From: an uncultured Clostridia bacterium
GTDB taxonomy: Bacteria > Bacillota > Clostridia > TANB77 > CAG-508
Assembly (NCBI GenBank): GCA_934169535.1
Contig: CAKPOC010000005.1
Location: forward strand, 1-27,282
DNA length: 27,282 nucleotides
Reading direction: 5' to 3'
Shown: one piece after another, positions 19,229 through 27,282 of the stretch
Position numbering within the stretch: position 1 is the first letter of the stretch
Layout: every line of letters starts with the position of its first letter
The notes under the pieces: generated by a model
Database searches by the model: none
What the model saw: the letters and a program-made list of their open reading frames with translations, nothing else
Told to the model about the DNA's origin: nothing
Position numbers and translations under genes: made by a program

Positions 19229-21685
19229 ATGGCAGGCAAGGAAGTACAAGAACCAGAAGATAGAAATGGTAAAGTCATAGAAAAAGATGTAGAAAAAGAA
19301 ATGAAAGATGCTTACATGGCATATGCAATGAGCGTTATTGTATCTAGAGCTTTACCAGACGTAAGAGATGGATTAAAACCAGTACATAGAAGAATTTTAT
19401 ATACTATGTATGAAGATGGTTTAACATCAGATAAGCCATACAGAAAGTCAGCAACTACAGTTGGTGACGTTTTAGGAAGATATCACCCACATGGTGACGC
19501 ATCTGTCTATGATGCTATGGTAAGAATGGCACAAACATTTTCACTTAGGTACCCATTGGTAGATGGACATGGTAACTTTGGATCAATAGATGGTGATCCT
19601 GCAGCTGCTTACCGTTACACAGAAGCTAGAATGTCAAAAATATCAGAACTAATGCTATCTGATATTGAGAAAAATACAGTAGATTTTATGCCAAACTTTG
19701 ATGACAGATTAAAAGAACCAACTGTATTGCCATCAAGAATACCAACTTTGCTTATAAATGGCTCATCAGGTATAGCCGTAGGAATGGCAACTAATATTCC
19801 ACCACACAATTTAACAGAAATTATAAATGCAATTATAAAAATAATAGATAGTGACAATGTTACAGACGAAGAGCTATTACAAATTGTAAAAGGCCCAGAT
19901 TTTCCAACAGGAGGATTAATTCTTGGAAGAGAGGCCATAAAGCAAGCTTATACAACAGGTAGAGGAAAGCTTACAATGAGGGCTGAAGCTGAAATTGAAG
20001 AAACAAGCAGTGGAAGACAAAAAATACTTGTAACTTCACTTCCATACCAAGTAAATAAATCTAAATTAATTGAAAATATAGCAGAACTAGTAAAAGAAAA
20101 AAGAATTGAAGGAATATCAGAGCTACGTGATGAATCAGACAGAGAGAACGCTGTTAGAATTCACATAGGATTAAAAAAAGATGCAAATGCAAGAGTTGTA
20201 TTAAATCAATTATATAAAAATACACAAATGCAAGAAACATTTGGTGTAATTATGCTTGCATTAGTTGATGGTGAACCTAAAATTTTAACACTAAGACAAT
20301 GTTTAGATTACTATATTGAACATAGAAAAGATGTAATTTTACGTAGAACTAAATTTGAACTTGATAAAGCTTTAGCGAGAGCTCATATTTTAGAAGGATT
20401 AAGAATTGCAATAGATAACATTGATGAAGTAATCAGAATTATAAGGGAATCTTATGATGATGCAAAAGAACAATTAATGAATAGATTTGGATTGTCAGAC
20501 ATACAAGCACAAGCTATTTTGGATATGAGATTAAAAACTTTATCTGGATTACAAAGAGAAAAAATAGAGGAAGAATATCAAGAACTATTAAAATTAATAG
20601 CACATTTAAGAGAAATTCTTTCAAGTGAAAAACTTGTATTTGACATAATCAAAGAAGAGTTAACTGAAATTAAAAATAAATATGGAGATGACAGATTAAC
20701 TAAAATTGTTGCTGCCGAAGGAGAATTCAACGATGAAGATCTTATAAAAAATGAAGAAACAGTTGTTGCATTAACTCATTTTGGATATATAAAAAGAATG
20801 CCAATAGATACATACAGAAGCCAAAAGAGAGGCGGAAAGGGTATAAGCGGAATTTCTACAAGAGAAGAAGATTTTGTAAAACAAATATTTACAGCAAATA
20901 CTCATGATACTGTACTATTCTTTACTAATAAAGGAAAACTATACAGATTAAGAGGTTTCGAAATACCAGAAGCAGGTAGAACTGCTAAAGGAACAGCTAT
21001 TGTAAACTTATTAAGTTTAGATGCAGGAGAAAAAGTATCTGCGGTAATTCCATTAAAATCATTTAAGGATGCAAAATATTTAATAATGGGAACAAAAAAT
21101 GGATTGATTAAAAAGACACCATTAGAAGAATATGATTCAAGTAGAAAAACAGGATTACTTGCAATTAATTTAAAAGAAGATGACGAATTAATTGATGTAA
21201 GATTAACAGACGACGAGAAAAACATTGTTTTAGTAACTACAAAAGGAATGTGCATAACATTTGATGAAAAAGATGTAAGACCTGTAGGAAGATTAGCACA
21301 AGGAGTAATTGGAATAAAACTAGATGATGATGACTTTGTAATAGGAATGGAATCAATAGAATCATCAAATAAAAAGGCAACATTGCTTGCAATTACAGAA
21401 AATGGATTTGGAAAGAGAACGGAACTTGAAGAATATAGAGTTCAAAATAGAGGTGGAAAAGGAGTAATAACTTACAAAATAACACCAAAGACTGGAAATA
21501 TAGTAGGAATAAGGATTGTTGAAGAAAAAGAAGATGTAATGTTAATTACAAATTCAGGAACAATAATTAGATTCAAAGTTAAAGATGTAAGCATTTTAGG
21601 AAGATCTACTCAGGGAGTAACTTTAATGAGAACAAATGCTAACGAAAAAGTCGTAAGCATAGAAACTGTAAATCCAGAAGAATAA
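19229..21685 (+). CDS. gyrA: DNA gyrase subunit A
   Basis: 818 aa from ATG 19229 ([12 protein letters not shown], Shine-Dalgarno AAAGAGGT); [36 protein letters not shown], catalytic-Tyr region YRYTEARM, GyrA C-terminal blades. The track start 19211 is 6 codons upstream. Confidence 0.98.
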   Translation: MAGKEVQEPEDRNGKVIEKDVEKEMKDAYMAYAMSVIVSRALPDVRDGLKPVHRRILYTMYEDGLTSDKPYRKSATTVGDVLGRYHPHGDASVYDAMVRMAQTFSLRYPLVDGHGNFGSIDGDPAAAYRYTEARMSKISELMLSDIEKNTVDFMPNFDDRLKEPTVLPSRIPTLLINGSSGIAVGMATNIPPHNLTEIINAIIKIIDSDNVTDEELLQIVKGPDFPTGGLILGREAIKQAYTTGRGKLTMRAEAEIEETSSGRQKILVTSLPYQVNKSKLIENIAELVKEKRIEGISELRDESDRENAVRIHIGLKKDANARVVLNQLYKNTQMQETFGVIMLALVDGEPKILTLRQCLDYYIEHRKDVILRRTKFELDKALARAHILEGLRIAIDNIDEVIRIIRESYDDAKEQLMNRFGLSDIQAQAILDMRLKTLSGLQREKIEEEYQELLKLIAHLREILSSEKLVFDIIKEELTEIKNKYGDDRLTKIVAAEGEFNDEDLIKNEETVVALTHFGYIKRMPIDTYRSQKRGGKGISGISTREEDFVKQIFTANTHDTVLFFTNKGKLYRLRGFEIPEAGRTAKGTAIVNLLSLDAGEKVSAVIPLKSFKDAKYLIMGTKNGLIKKTPLEEYDSSRKTGLLAINLKEDDELIDVRLTDDEKNIVLVTTKGMCITFDEKDVRPVGRLAQGVIGIKLDDDDFVIGMESIESSNKKATLLAITENGFGKRTELEEYRVQNRGGKGVITYKITPKTGNIVGIRIVEEKEDVMLITNSGTIIRFKVKDVSILGRSTQGVTLMRTNANEKVVSIETVNPEE

Positions 21686-21694
21686 AAATATAAT

Positions 21695-21723
21695 AAAAAT
21701 TTCCTCGTTATGAGGAAATTTTT
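21695..21723. terminator. Bidirectional terminator between convergent gyrA and the activase gene
   Basis: 12-bp stem AAAAATTTCCTC/GAGGAAATTTTT with 5-nt loop and A/T runs on both sides. Confidence 0.85.
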
Positions 21724-24700
21724 ATTTGTTTTGTATAACATTTTTTAATTCATTAATTTCATTTTTAAGATTTTCATTTTTTAAATTATCTTTGGCAACA
21801 GCCATTAACAATTTAATTCTATTTGTTTGATTTGTTTCACTAGCGCCAGGGTCATAGTCAATAGGAGTTATATTTGCCATAGGATATTTATCTCTAATAG
21901 TTTTTATAACACCCTTACCAACAACATGATTTGGCAAGCAAGCAAATGGTTGAACACAAACTATATTGGAAATTCCATGTTCAATATATTCTACCATTTC
22001 AGCTGTTAAAAACCAACCCTCTCCAGTTTGATTTCCAATAGATAAAATATCCTTTACTTTATCTTCTAATTCCCAAATATCACAAGGTTGCATATAGCCC
22101 TTTTTAGATTTGGCAAGAGCTATTCTTTCATCTTTTTCTAAAATATCAATTAAATGAATTGCGAATTTAAATATTTTTGCTTTAAATTTATCTATTTTTA
22201 TTAGTTTATTAAATGTAATTTTATGAGTTGCAACAAATTTAATAAATCCCATAAAATCAGGAAGAATTACTTCTGCACCTTCTTGTTCTAATTTATCTGC
22301 AATAAAGTTATTTCCAAATGGATGATACTTAATTAGAACTTCACCTACAATACCGACTTTAGGTTTTACTACAGATGTATCAAGTTCTATCTTTTCAAAG
22401 TCATCTACTATTTCATAAATACTCTTTTTAAATTGTGATAAAGTAGAATGGGCTACTAAATCTTTACATTTATCAAGCCATTTATCAAAAAGAGCTTGAG
22501 TTTCGCCTTTGTTTACTTCATATGCTCTATTTTTTGTAAGCATTTTTTGTAAAATATCGCCATATATTACTACTTTTAAAAGTTTTTCTGCAAGCTTTGG
22601 TGTAAGCTTAAAGCCTGGCATTTTTTCCATTCCGACAACATTAAAAGATATTACAGGAACTTGAGAAAAACCAGCATCAGATAAAGCTTTTCTAATAAAT
22701 CCAATGTAATTTGTAGCTCTGCATCCGCCTCCAGTTTGTGACATTATTAAAGCTGTTTTATTAACATCATATTTTCCAGATTCTAGTGCTTCTATCATTT
22801 GACCTGTTGTTAAAATTGAAGGGTAGCAAGCATCATTATTTACATATTTTAATCCGGTTTCAACAGTATGATCAGTACAATCTCTAAGTAAAACAAAATT
22901 ATAGCCACAAGATTTTAAAGCTGTTTCAATAAGTTCAAAATGAGTAGGAATCATTTGAGGGCATAAAATTGTATAATTTTTACGCATTTCTTCAGTGAAA
23001 ATAACCTTATTAGGTCTATAATCTCCATTTCCTAAAGTATTTAAATTTTCTGTTTCTCTTTTTTTCATTGAAGCAAGTAGTGAACGAATACGAATTCGAA
23101 CAGCACCTAAATTATTAACTTCATCAATTTTTATTAAAGTATACATTTTATTGAAGCTTTTTAAAATTTCTTCTACTTGGTCTGTAGTAACGGCATCAAC
23201 ACCACAACCAAAAGAATTTAATTGTACTAGTTCTAGATTATTATGATGTCCAACAAAATCCGCAGCAGCATAAAGTCTAGCATGGTAAACCCATTGATTT
23301 ACGACCCTTAAAGAATGTGAAGGATGTACTTGGTCTGCAATGCTGTCACCCGTAATAACTGCAAGACCTAAACTTGTAATTAAAGTATCTATCCCATGAT
23401 TTATTTCAGGATCAATATGGTATGGACGTCCAGCAAGAACAATTCCTTTTAAATTATTTTTTTCGAGAAATTCGACCGCTTTTTTTCCTTCATTATGAAT
23501 GTCATTTCTGCAGTGCTGATATTCTTCTTCAGCAGCTTTTGCAGCTGACATAAGTTCTTTTTTAGAAAAATTATATTTTTTAAATTCAGGTAAATCCATA
23601 ATAGTTTTTGTTAAAGATTTGGCTTCAAATGGTAAAAAAGGATTTAAAAATGTTATATCAGGATTTTTTAATTCTTCTACGTTATTTTTTAAAACTTCTG
23701 AGTAAGAAATTACAATAGGGCAATTATAGTGATTGTCAGCCTTTTCGTATTCTTTTCTAGAATATGGAATACAAGGGTAAAATATAGTTTTTATTCCTTG
23801 CTTTATTAAACTTATTATATGACCATGAGAAAGTTTTGCGGGATAGCATACAGATTCTGATGGCATTGATTCCATACCTTTTTCATAGGTTTTTCTATTG
23901 CTCTTTTCTGAAATAATAACCCTAAAACCTAATTTTGTGAGGAATGTAAACCAAAAAGGGTAGTCTTCATACATATTTAAAACTCTAGGAATTCCAATAG
24001 TTCCACGAAAAGCTTCTTCTTCCTTTAATGGTGTATAATCAAAAATTCGCTTATATTTATATTTTACAAGGTTTGGCAAATCTTTATTTGCAGAAGTTAT
24101 TCCAGCACCTTTTTCACATCTGTTGCCTGATATGTGTTTTGTTCCATTACTAAATTTGTTAATAGTAAGTAAACAATGATTTTCGCAGCCATTACATCTT
24201 ATGTGAGAGGCTTCTATTTTTAAATTATCAATTTCTTCTGCTGTTGCTAATGTAGATTTATATGTCATATCAAGGTTTGCTTCATATTGTTCCAAGCTTA
24301 AAAGAGCAACACCATATGCGCCCATAAGACCAGCAATGTCAGGTCTTATAACATTCTTTTTAACAATTAATTCAAATGCACGAAGAATTGCATCATTGTA
24401 AAAAGTTCCACCTTGAACAACAATGTTATCACCTAAAACTTTCAGATCTCTAATTTTCATAACTTTTTGAATAGCATTTTTTATTACAGAATATGAAAGA
24501 CCAGCAGAAATATCACCTACTGAATAACCTTCTTTTTGAGCTTGCTTTATTTTTGAATTCATGAAAACTGTACATCTAGAACCTAAATCAACAGGATTTC
24601 TGGCATCTATTGCTGAATTTACAAATTCTTCAATTGTAAGGCCAAGGCTTTTTGCAAAAGTTTCTATAAAAGAACCACATCCAGAAGAACACGCTTCATT

Positions 24701-26023
24701 AAGCATTATATTGTCAATTGTGTTATTTTTTAATTTTATATATTTCATGTCCTGTCCGCCAATGTCTACAATACTTGTAACATCAGGTTGAAATTTTTTG
24801 GCAGCAGTATAATGTGCTATTGTTTCTATTTCGTTTAAATCTACATTTAAAGCAGTTTTTATTAAACTTTCACCATAGCCTGTAACGCCACTATATCTAA
24901 TAGTGACATTAGAAGGTAATACACTGTATAATTTTTTTAGCATAGACATGACGCTTTTTAATGGATTTCCGCCATTATTTTCATATAGGGAAAATAATAA
25001 TGATCCATTTTTATCTATTAAGACAAGTTTTGTAGTAGTAGAACCTGCATCAATTCCGACAAAAGCATCTCCTGAATATTCAGCTAAATTAGCCTTAGGG
25101 ACAACATCTTTTTTATGTCTGTTAATAAATTCTTCATAGTCTGAATCTGTTACAAATAAAGGCTTTAGTGGATTTGTTGTTGTATCCTTTGAAGATTTTA
25201 AAACTTGAATTTTAGCTTTTAATTTTTCACAAGAAATTGGTTTTATATTTAAAGAATCCAGTGCAGCACCTTTGGCAACTAATAAATGAGCTTCATTTGG
25301 TACTATAACTTGTTCTGGAGTTAAATGTAGAGTTTCTATAAATCTATTTCTTAATTCAGATAAATAACTAAGAGGACCTCCTAAAAAGGCTATATTTCCA
25401 CGGATTGGTCTTCCGCAAGCAAGGCCACTTATAGTTTGATTTACAACTGCTTGAAAAATAGAAGCTGCAATATCTTCTTTTGCAGCACCTTCATTTATTA
25501 AAGGCTGAACATCAGTTTTTGCAAAAACACCACACCTAGAAGCTATTGGATAAATAATTGTATGTTTTTTTGAAAGTTCATTTAAGCCAGCAGCATCAGT
25601 GTTTAATAATGATGCCATTTGATCTATAAAAGCACCGGTTCCACCTGCGCAGGTACCATTCATACGTTGTTCAATTGATTTACCAAAATAGATGATTTTA
25701 GCGTCTTCACCACCAAGTTCTATGACTACATTTGTTTTTGGAATGTACTTTTCAACAGCTCTTTTGCAAGAAACTACTTCTTGAACAAAAGGAACATCTA
25801 AGAAATTAGCAGCAGACATAGCTCCTGAGCCAGTTAAAGCAATTGTGAATTGGCTATCTTTAAATTTTAAAACTAAATCATCTAAAACTTTGCACACAGT
25901 ATGCTGGGTGTCAGAGTAGTGTCTTGTATAATTTGCATAAATAGTTTCTAAGTTTTGATTCATAACTACAATTTTTACAGTAGTCGAACCAACATCTAAA
26001 CCGACATGTAATAATTCGTTCAT
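21722..26023 (-). CDS. Large 2-hydroxyacyl-CoA dehydratase activase-like protein (two ASKHA ATPase domains plus dehydratase-like C-terminal part)
   Basis: 1433 aa; GLDVGSTTVKIVVMN and GIDAGSTTTKLVLID, SSGCGSFIETFAKSLG, Cys-rich IRCNGCENHCLLT, C-terminal VQPFACLPNHVVGKGVIK. Confidence 0.9.
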   Translation of the reverse strand: MNELLHVGLDVGSTTVKIVVMNQNLETIYANYTRHYSDTQHTVCKVLDDLVLKFKDSQFTIALTGSGAMSAANFLDVPFVQEVVSCKRAVEKYIPKTNVVIELGGEDAKIIYFGKSIEQRMNGTCAGGTGAFIDQMASLLNTDAAGLNELSKKHTIIYPIASRCGVFAKTDVQPLINEGAAKEDIAASIFQAVVNQTISGLACGRPIRGNIAFLGGPLSYLSELRNRFIETLHLTPEQVIVPNEAHLLVAKGAALDSLNIKPISCEKLKAKIQVLKSSKDTTTNPLKPLFVTDSDYEEFINRHKKDVVPKANLAEYSGDAFVGIDAGSTTTKLVLIDKNGSLLFSLYENNGGNPLKSVMSMLKKLYSVLPSNVTIRYSGVTGYGESLIKTALNVDLNEIETIAHYTAAKKFQPDVTSIVDIGGQDMKYIKLKNNTIDNIMLNEACSSGCGSFIETFAKSLGLTIEEFVNSAIDARNPVDLGSRCTVFMNSKIKQAQKEGYSVGDISAGLSYSVIKNAIQKVMKIRDLKVLGDNIVVQGGTFYNDAILRAFELIVKKNVIRPDIAGLMGAYGVALLSLEQYEANLDMTYKSTLATAEEIDNLKIEASHIRCNGCENHCLLTINKFSNGTKHISGNRCEKGAGITSANKDLPNLVKYKYKRIFDYTPLKEEEAFRGTIGIPRVLNMYEDYPFWFTFLTKLGFRVIISEKSNRKTYEKGMESMPSESVCYPAKLSHGHIISLIKQGIKTIFYPCIPYSRKEYEKADNHYNCPIVISYSEVLKNNVEELKNPDITFLNPFLPFEAKSLTKTIMDLPEFKKYNFSKKELMSAAKAAEEEYQHCRNDIHNEGKKAVEFLEKNNLKGIVLAGRPYHIDPEINHGIDTLITSLGLAVITGDSIADQVHPSHSLRVVNQWVYHARLYAAADFVGHHNNLELVQLNSFGCGVDAVTTDQVEEILKSFNKMYTLIKIDEVNNLGAVRIRIRSLLASMKKRETENLNTLGNGDYRPNKVIFTEEMRKNYTILCPQMIPTHFELIETALKSCGYNFVLLRDCTDHTVETGLKYVNNDACYPSILTTGQMIEALESGKYDVNKTALIMSQTGGGCRATNYIGFIRKALSDAGFSQVPVISFNVVGMEKMPGFKLTPKLAEKLLKVVIYGDILQKMLTKNRAYEVNKGETQALFDKWLDKCKDLVAHSTLSQFKKSIYEIVDDFEKIELDTSVVKPKVGIVGEVLIKYHPFGNNFIADKLEQEGAEVILPDFMGFIKFVATHKITFNKLIKIDKFKAKIFKFAIHLIDILEKDERIALAKSKKGYMQPCDIWELEDKVKDILSIGNQTGEGWFLTAEMVEYIEHGISNIVCVQPFACLPNHVVGKGVIKTIRDKYPMANITPIDYDPGASETNQTNRIKLLMAVAKDNLKNENLKNEINELKNVIQNK

Positions 26024-26185
26024 ATATGTACTCCTTTTTTATCCCCATTTAATAAACCTAATTTTATACGGAAAATGCGATTTTGTCAATCAAAATAAAA
26101 AAATATAAAAAGTCGTTCTATATAGAAATTTTAAGGAATAGATATACTATCAAGAAAACGAAAAACAGTAGAGAGGAGATAATTT

Positions 26186-26746
26186 ATGAAAAATAATTTG
26201 AAAAAAATATTAATAATTATTTTAATATTAATTTTATTGGGAGGGTTATTAATTTTTATATTAAATAAAAATAATAAATCAAAAAATAATTATGAAGAAT
26301 ATGAACCAGAAGAAGTAATTTCAGAAAAGCTAGAAAGACAGACAATAGTAACTTTATATTATATAAATAAAAATTCAAGAAGATTAGAACCAGAAGCAAG
26401 ATTAGTGGATGTAAAAAATTTAGTTGAAAATCCATATGGAGAATTAATTAATTTATTGATTGGAGAATCAAAAAATGAAAATTTGGAGAGTGTAATTCCA
26501 AAAGATACAAAATTATTAAATGCTGAAATGAAAGAAAATGTTTTAATAATAAATTTTTCGGAAGAATTTGTTAATAATCATATAGGGGGAAAAGAAGAAG
26601 AAGAAAAAACAATAGAAGGAATTGTAAATACATTAACGGAATTAACAGAAGTTAATGAAATAAAAATATTAATAAATGGAGAAGAAAATAAAGCTTTTAA
26701 AGATAATCAAATAAACTTTGAAAATAATTTCTTAAGAAATGACTAA
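26186..26746 (+). CDS. GerMN-domain-like protein with N-terminal membrane anchor
   Basis: 186 aa; N-terminal TM (IILIILILLGGLLIFIL), LYYINKNSRRLEPEARLV..NPYGELINLLIGE..VIPKDTKLLNAEMKENVLIINFSEEF. Confidence 0.75.
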   Translation: MKNNLKKILIIILILILLGGLLIFILNKNNKSKNNYEEYEPEEVISEKLERQTIVTLYYINKNSRRLEPEARLVDVKNLVENPYGELINLLIGESKNENLESVIPKDTKLLNAEMKENVLIINFSEEFVNNHIGGKEEEEKTIEGIVNTLTELTEVNEIKILINGEENKAFKDNQINFENNFLRND

Positions 26747-26805
26747 AATAATAAATAAAAAAATAATAAAATAATAAATAAATAAAAAATAAATAAGGTA
26801 AAAAA

Positions 26806-27282
26806 ATGAAAAAGCAAAAAGAAGATAAAAACAATTTCTTTTCAGGAACAATTTATGAAAAAGATGAAATAAGTCCATCATATATAAACATGGAAAATCC
26901 TAAATATTTAGAAATAGATGATTTATATTATTCAGGATTAATAGTTGTAAATTATTATAGAGAGCAAAATGATATATTACTAAAAACATTAATAGAAACA
27001 AACATAAATATGAATATTTCAATTTTCTACGAAAAGCAAGACTCATATAAAACAATAAAAGATTTAACTTACCACATAGGAAATGTAGGAGTAGAATTAA
27101 AAGAAAGCAACCAAAATAGAGAAGATATTGATATAGCTGCGTTTACATATAATGACGCAAAATATATAAGAAAAGAAATTCAAGTAAATAATCAAGATAT
27201 TTATTTTTTATATATTTATATTACAGTTTATGCAGATAATAAAAAAGATTTAGAGTATTATTTAAATAAAATAGAAGGAATA
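26806..27282 (+). CDS. Second VirB4-like ATPase paralog, N-terminal region only (runs off the window)
   Basis: Open frame of 159 codons to the window edge (not in the ORF track): MKKQKEDKNNFFSGTIYEKDEISPSYINMENPKYLEIDDLYYSGLIVVNYYREQND... About 57% identical by eye over about 136 aa to the N-terminus encoded from 16664. Confidence 0.8.
   Translation, partial: MKKQKEDKNNFFSGTIYEKDEISPSYINMENPKYLEIDDLYYSGLIVVNYYREQNDILLKTLIETNINMNISIFYEKQDSYKTIKDLTYHIGNVGVELKESNQNREDIDIAAFTYNDAKYIRKEIQVNNQDIYFLYIYITVYADNKKDLEYYLNKIEGI

Noticed and set aside
21722-26023. The 1433-aa activase as a novel fusion
   Set aside because: Large proteins with duplicated ASKHA activase domains and a dehydratase-like C-terminal part are a known family in anaerobic Firmicutes, so the size alone is not unusual.

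Overview
This window is the replication-origin region of a low-GC Firmicutes/Clostridia-like chromosome. Left of the origin, on the minus strand, the order is rpmH, rnpA, yidD, yidC, jag, mnmE, mnmG, rsmG, parA, parB, a DUF4446-like gene and tRNA-Ser(UGA). Right of it, on the plus strand, are dnaA, dnaN (split by a frameshift), recF and gyrB. oriC is very legible: a 3-box cluster upstream of dnaA, and at least 7 perfect TTATCCACA boxes after dnaA that lead into six CTA (DnaA-trio) repeats and an AT-rich tract. gyrB and gyrA are separated by about 3.9 kb of accessory-looking DNA. That DNA holds (i) a candidate structured minus-strand RNA of about 435 nt, with a TTGACA-N18-TATAAT promoter, a 16-bp closing helix whose G.U pairs fit only the minus-strand transcript, and a terminator directly after the helix; (ii) a protein resembling the TraC-like N-terminal domain of conjugative systems; (iii) a near-100-bp tandem duplication made only of A and isolated T; (iv) a VirB4/TraC-like ATPase whose real reading frame starts about 169 codons upstream of the ORF-track start, with a strong Shine-Dalgarno but an ATA codon at the expected start; and (v) an unknown 235-aa protein. 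After gyrA come a 1433-aa 2-hydroxyacyl-CoA dehydratase activase-like protein (minus), a GerMN-like protein, and the start of a second paralog of the VirB4-like ATPase, again preceded by an A/isolated-T leader. The most novel candidates are the structured RNA and the orphan VirB4-like module lodged between gyrB and gyrA. All calls are by eye; no database searches were run.
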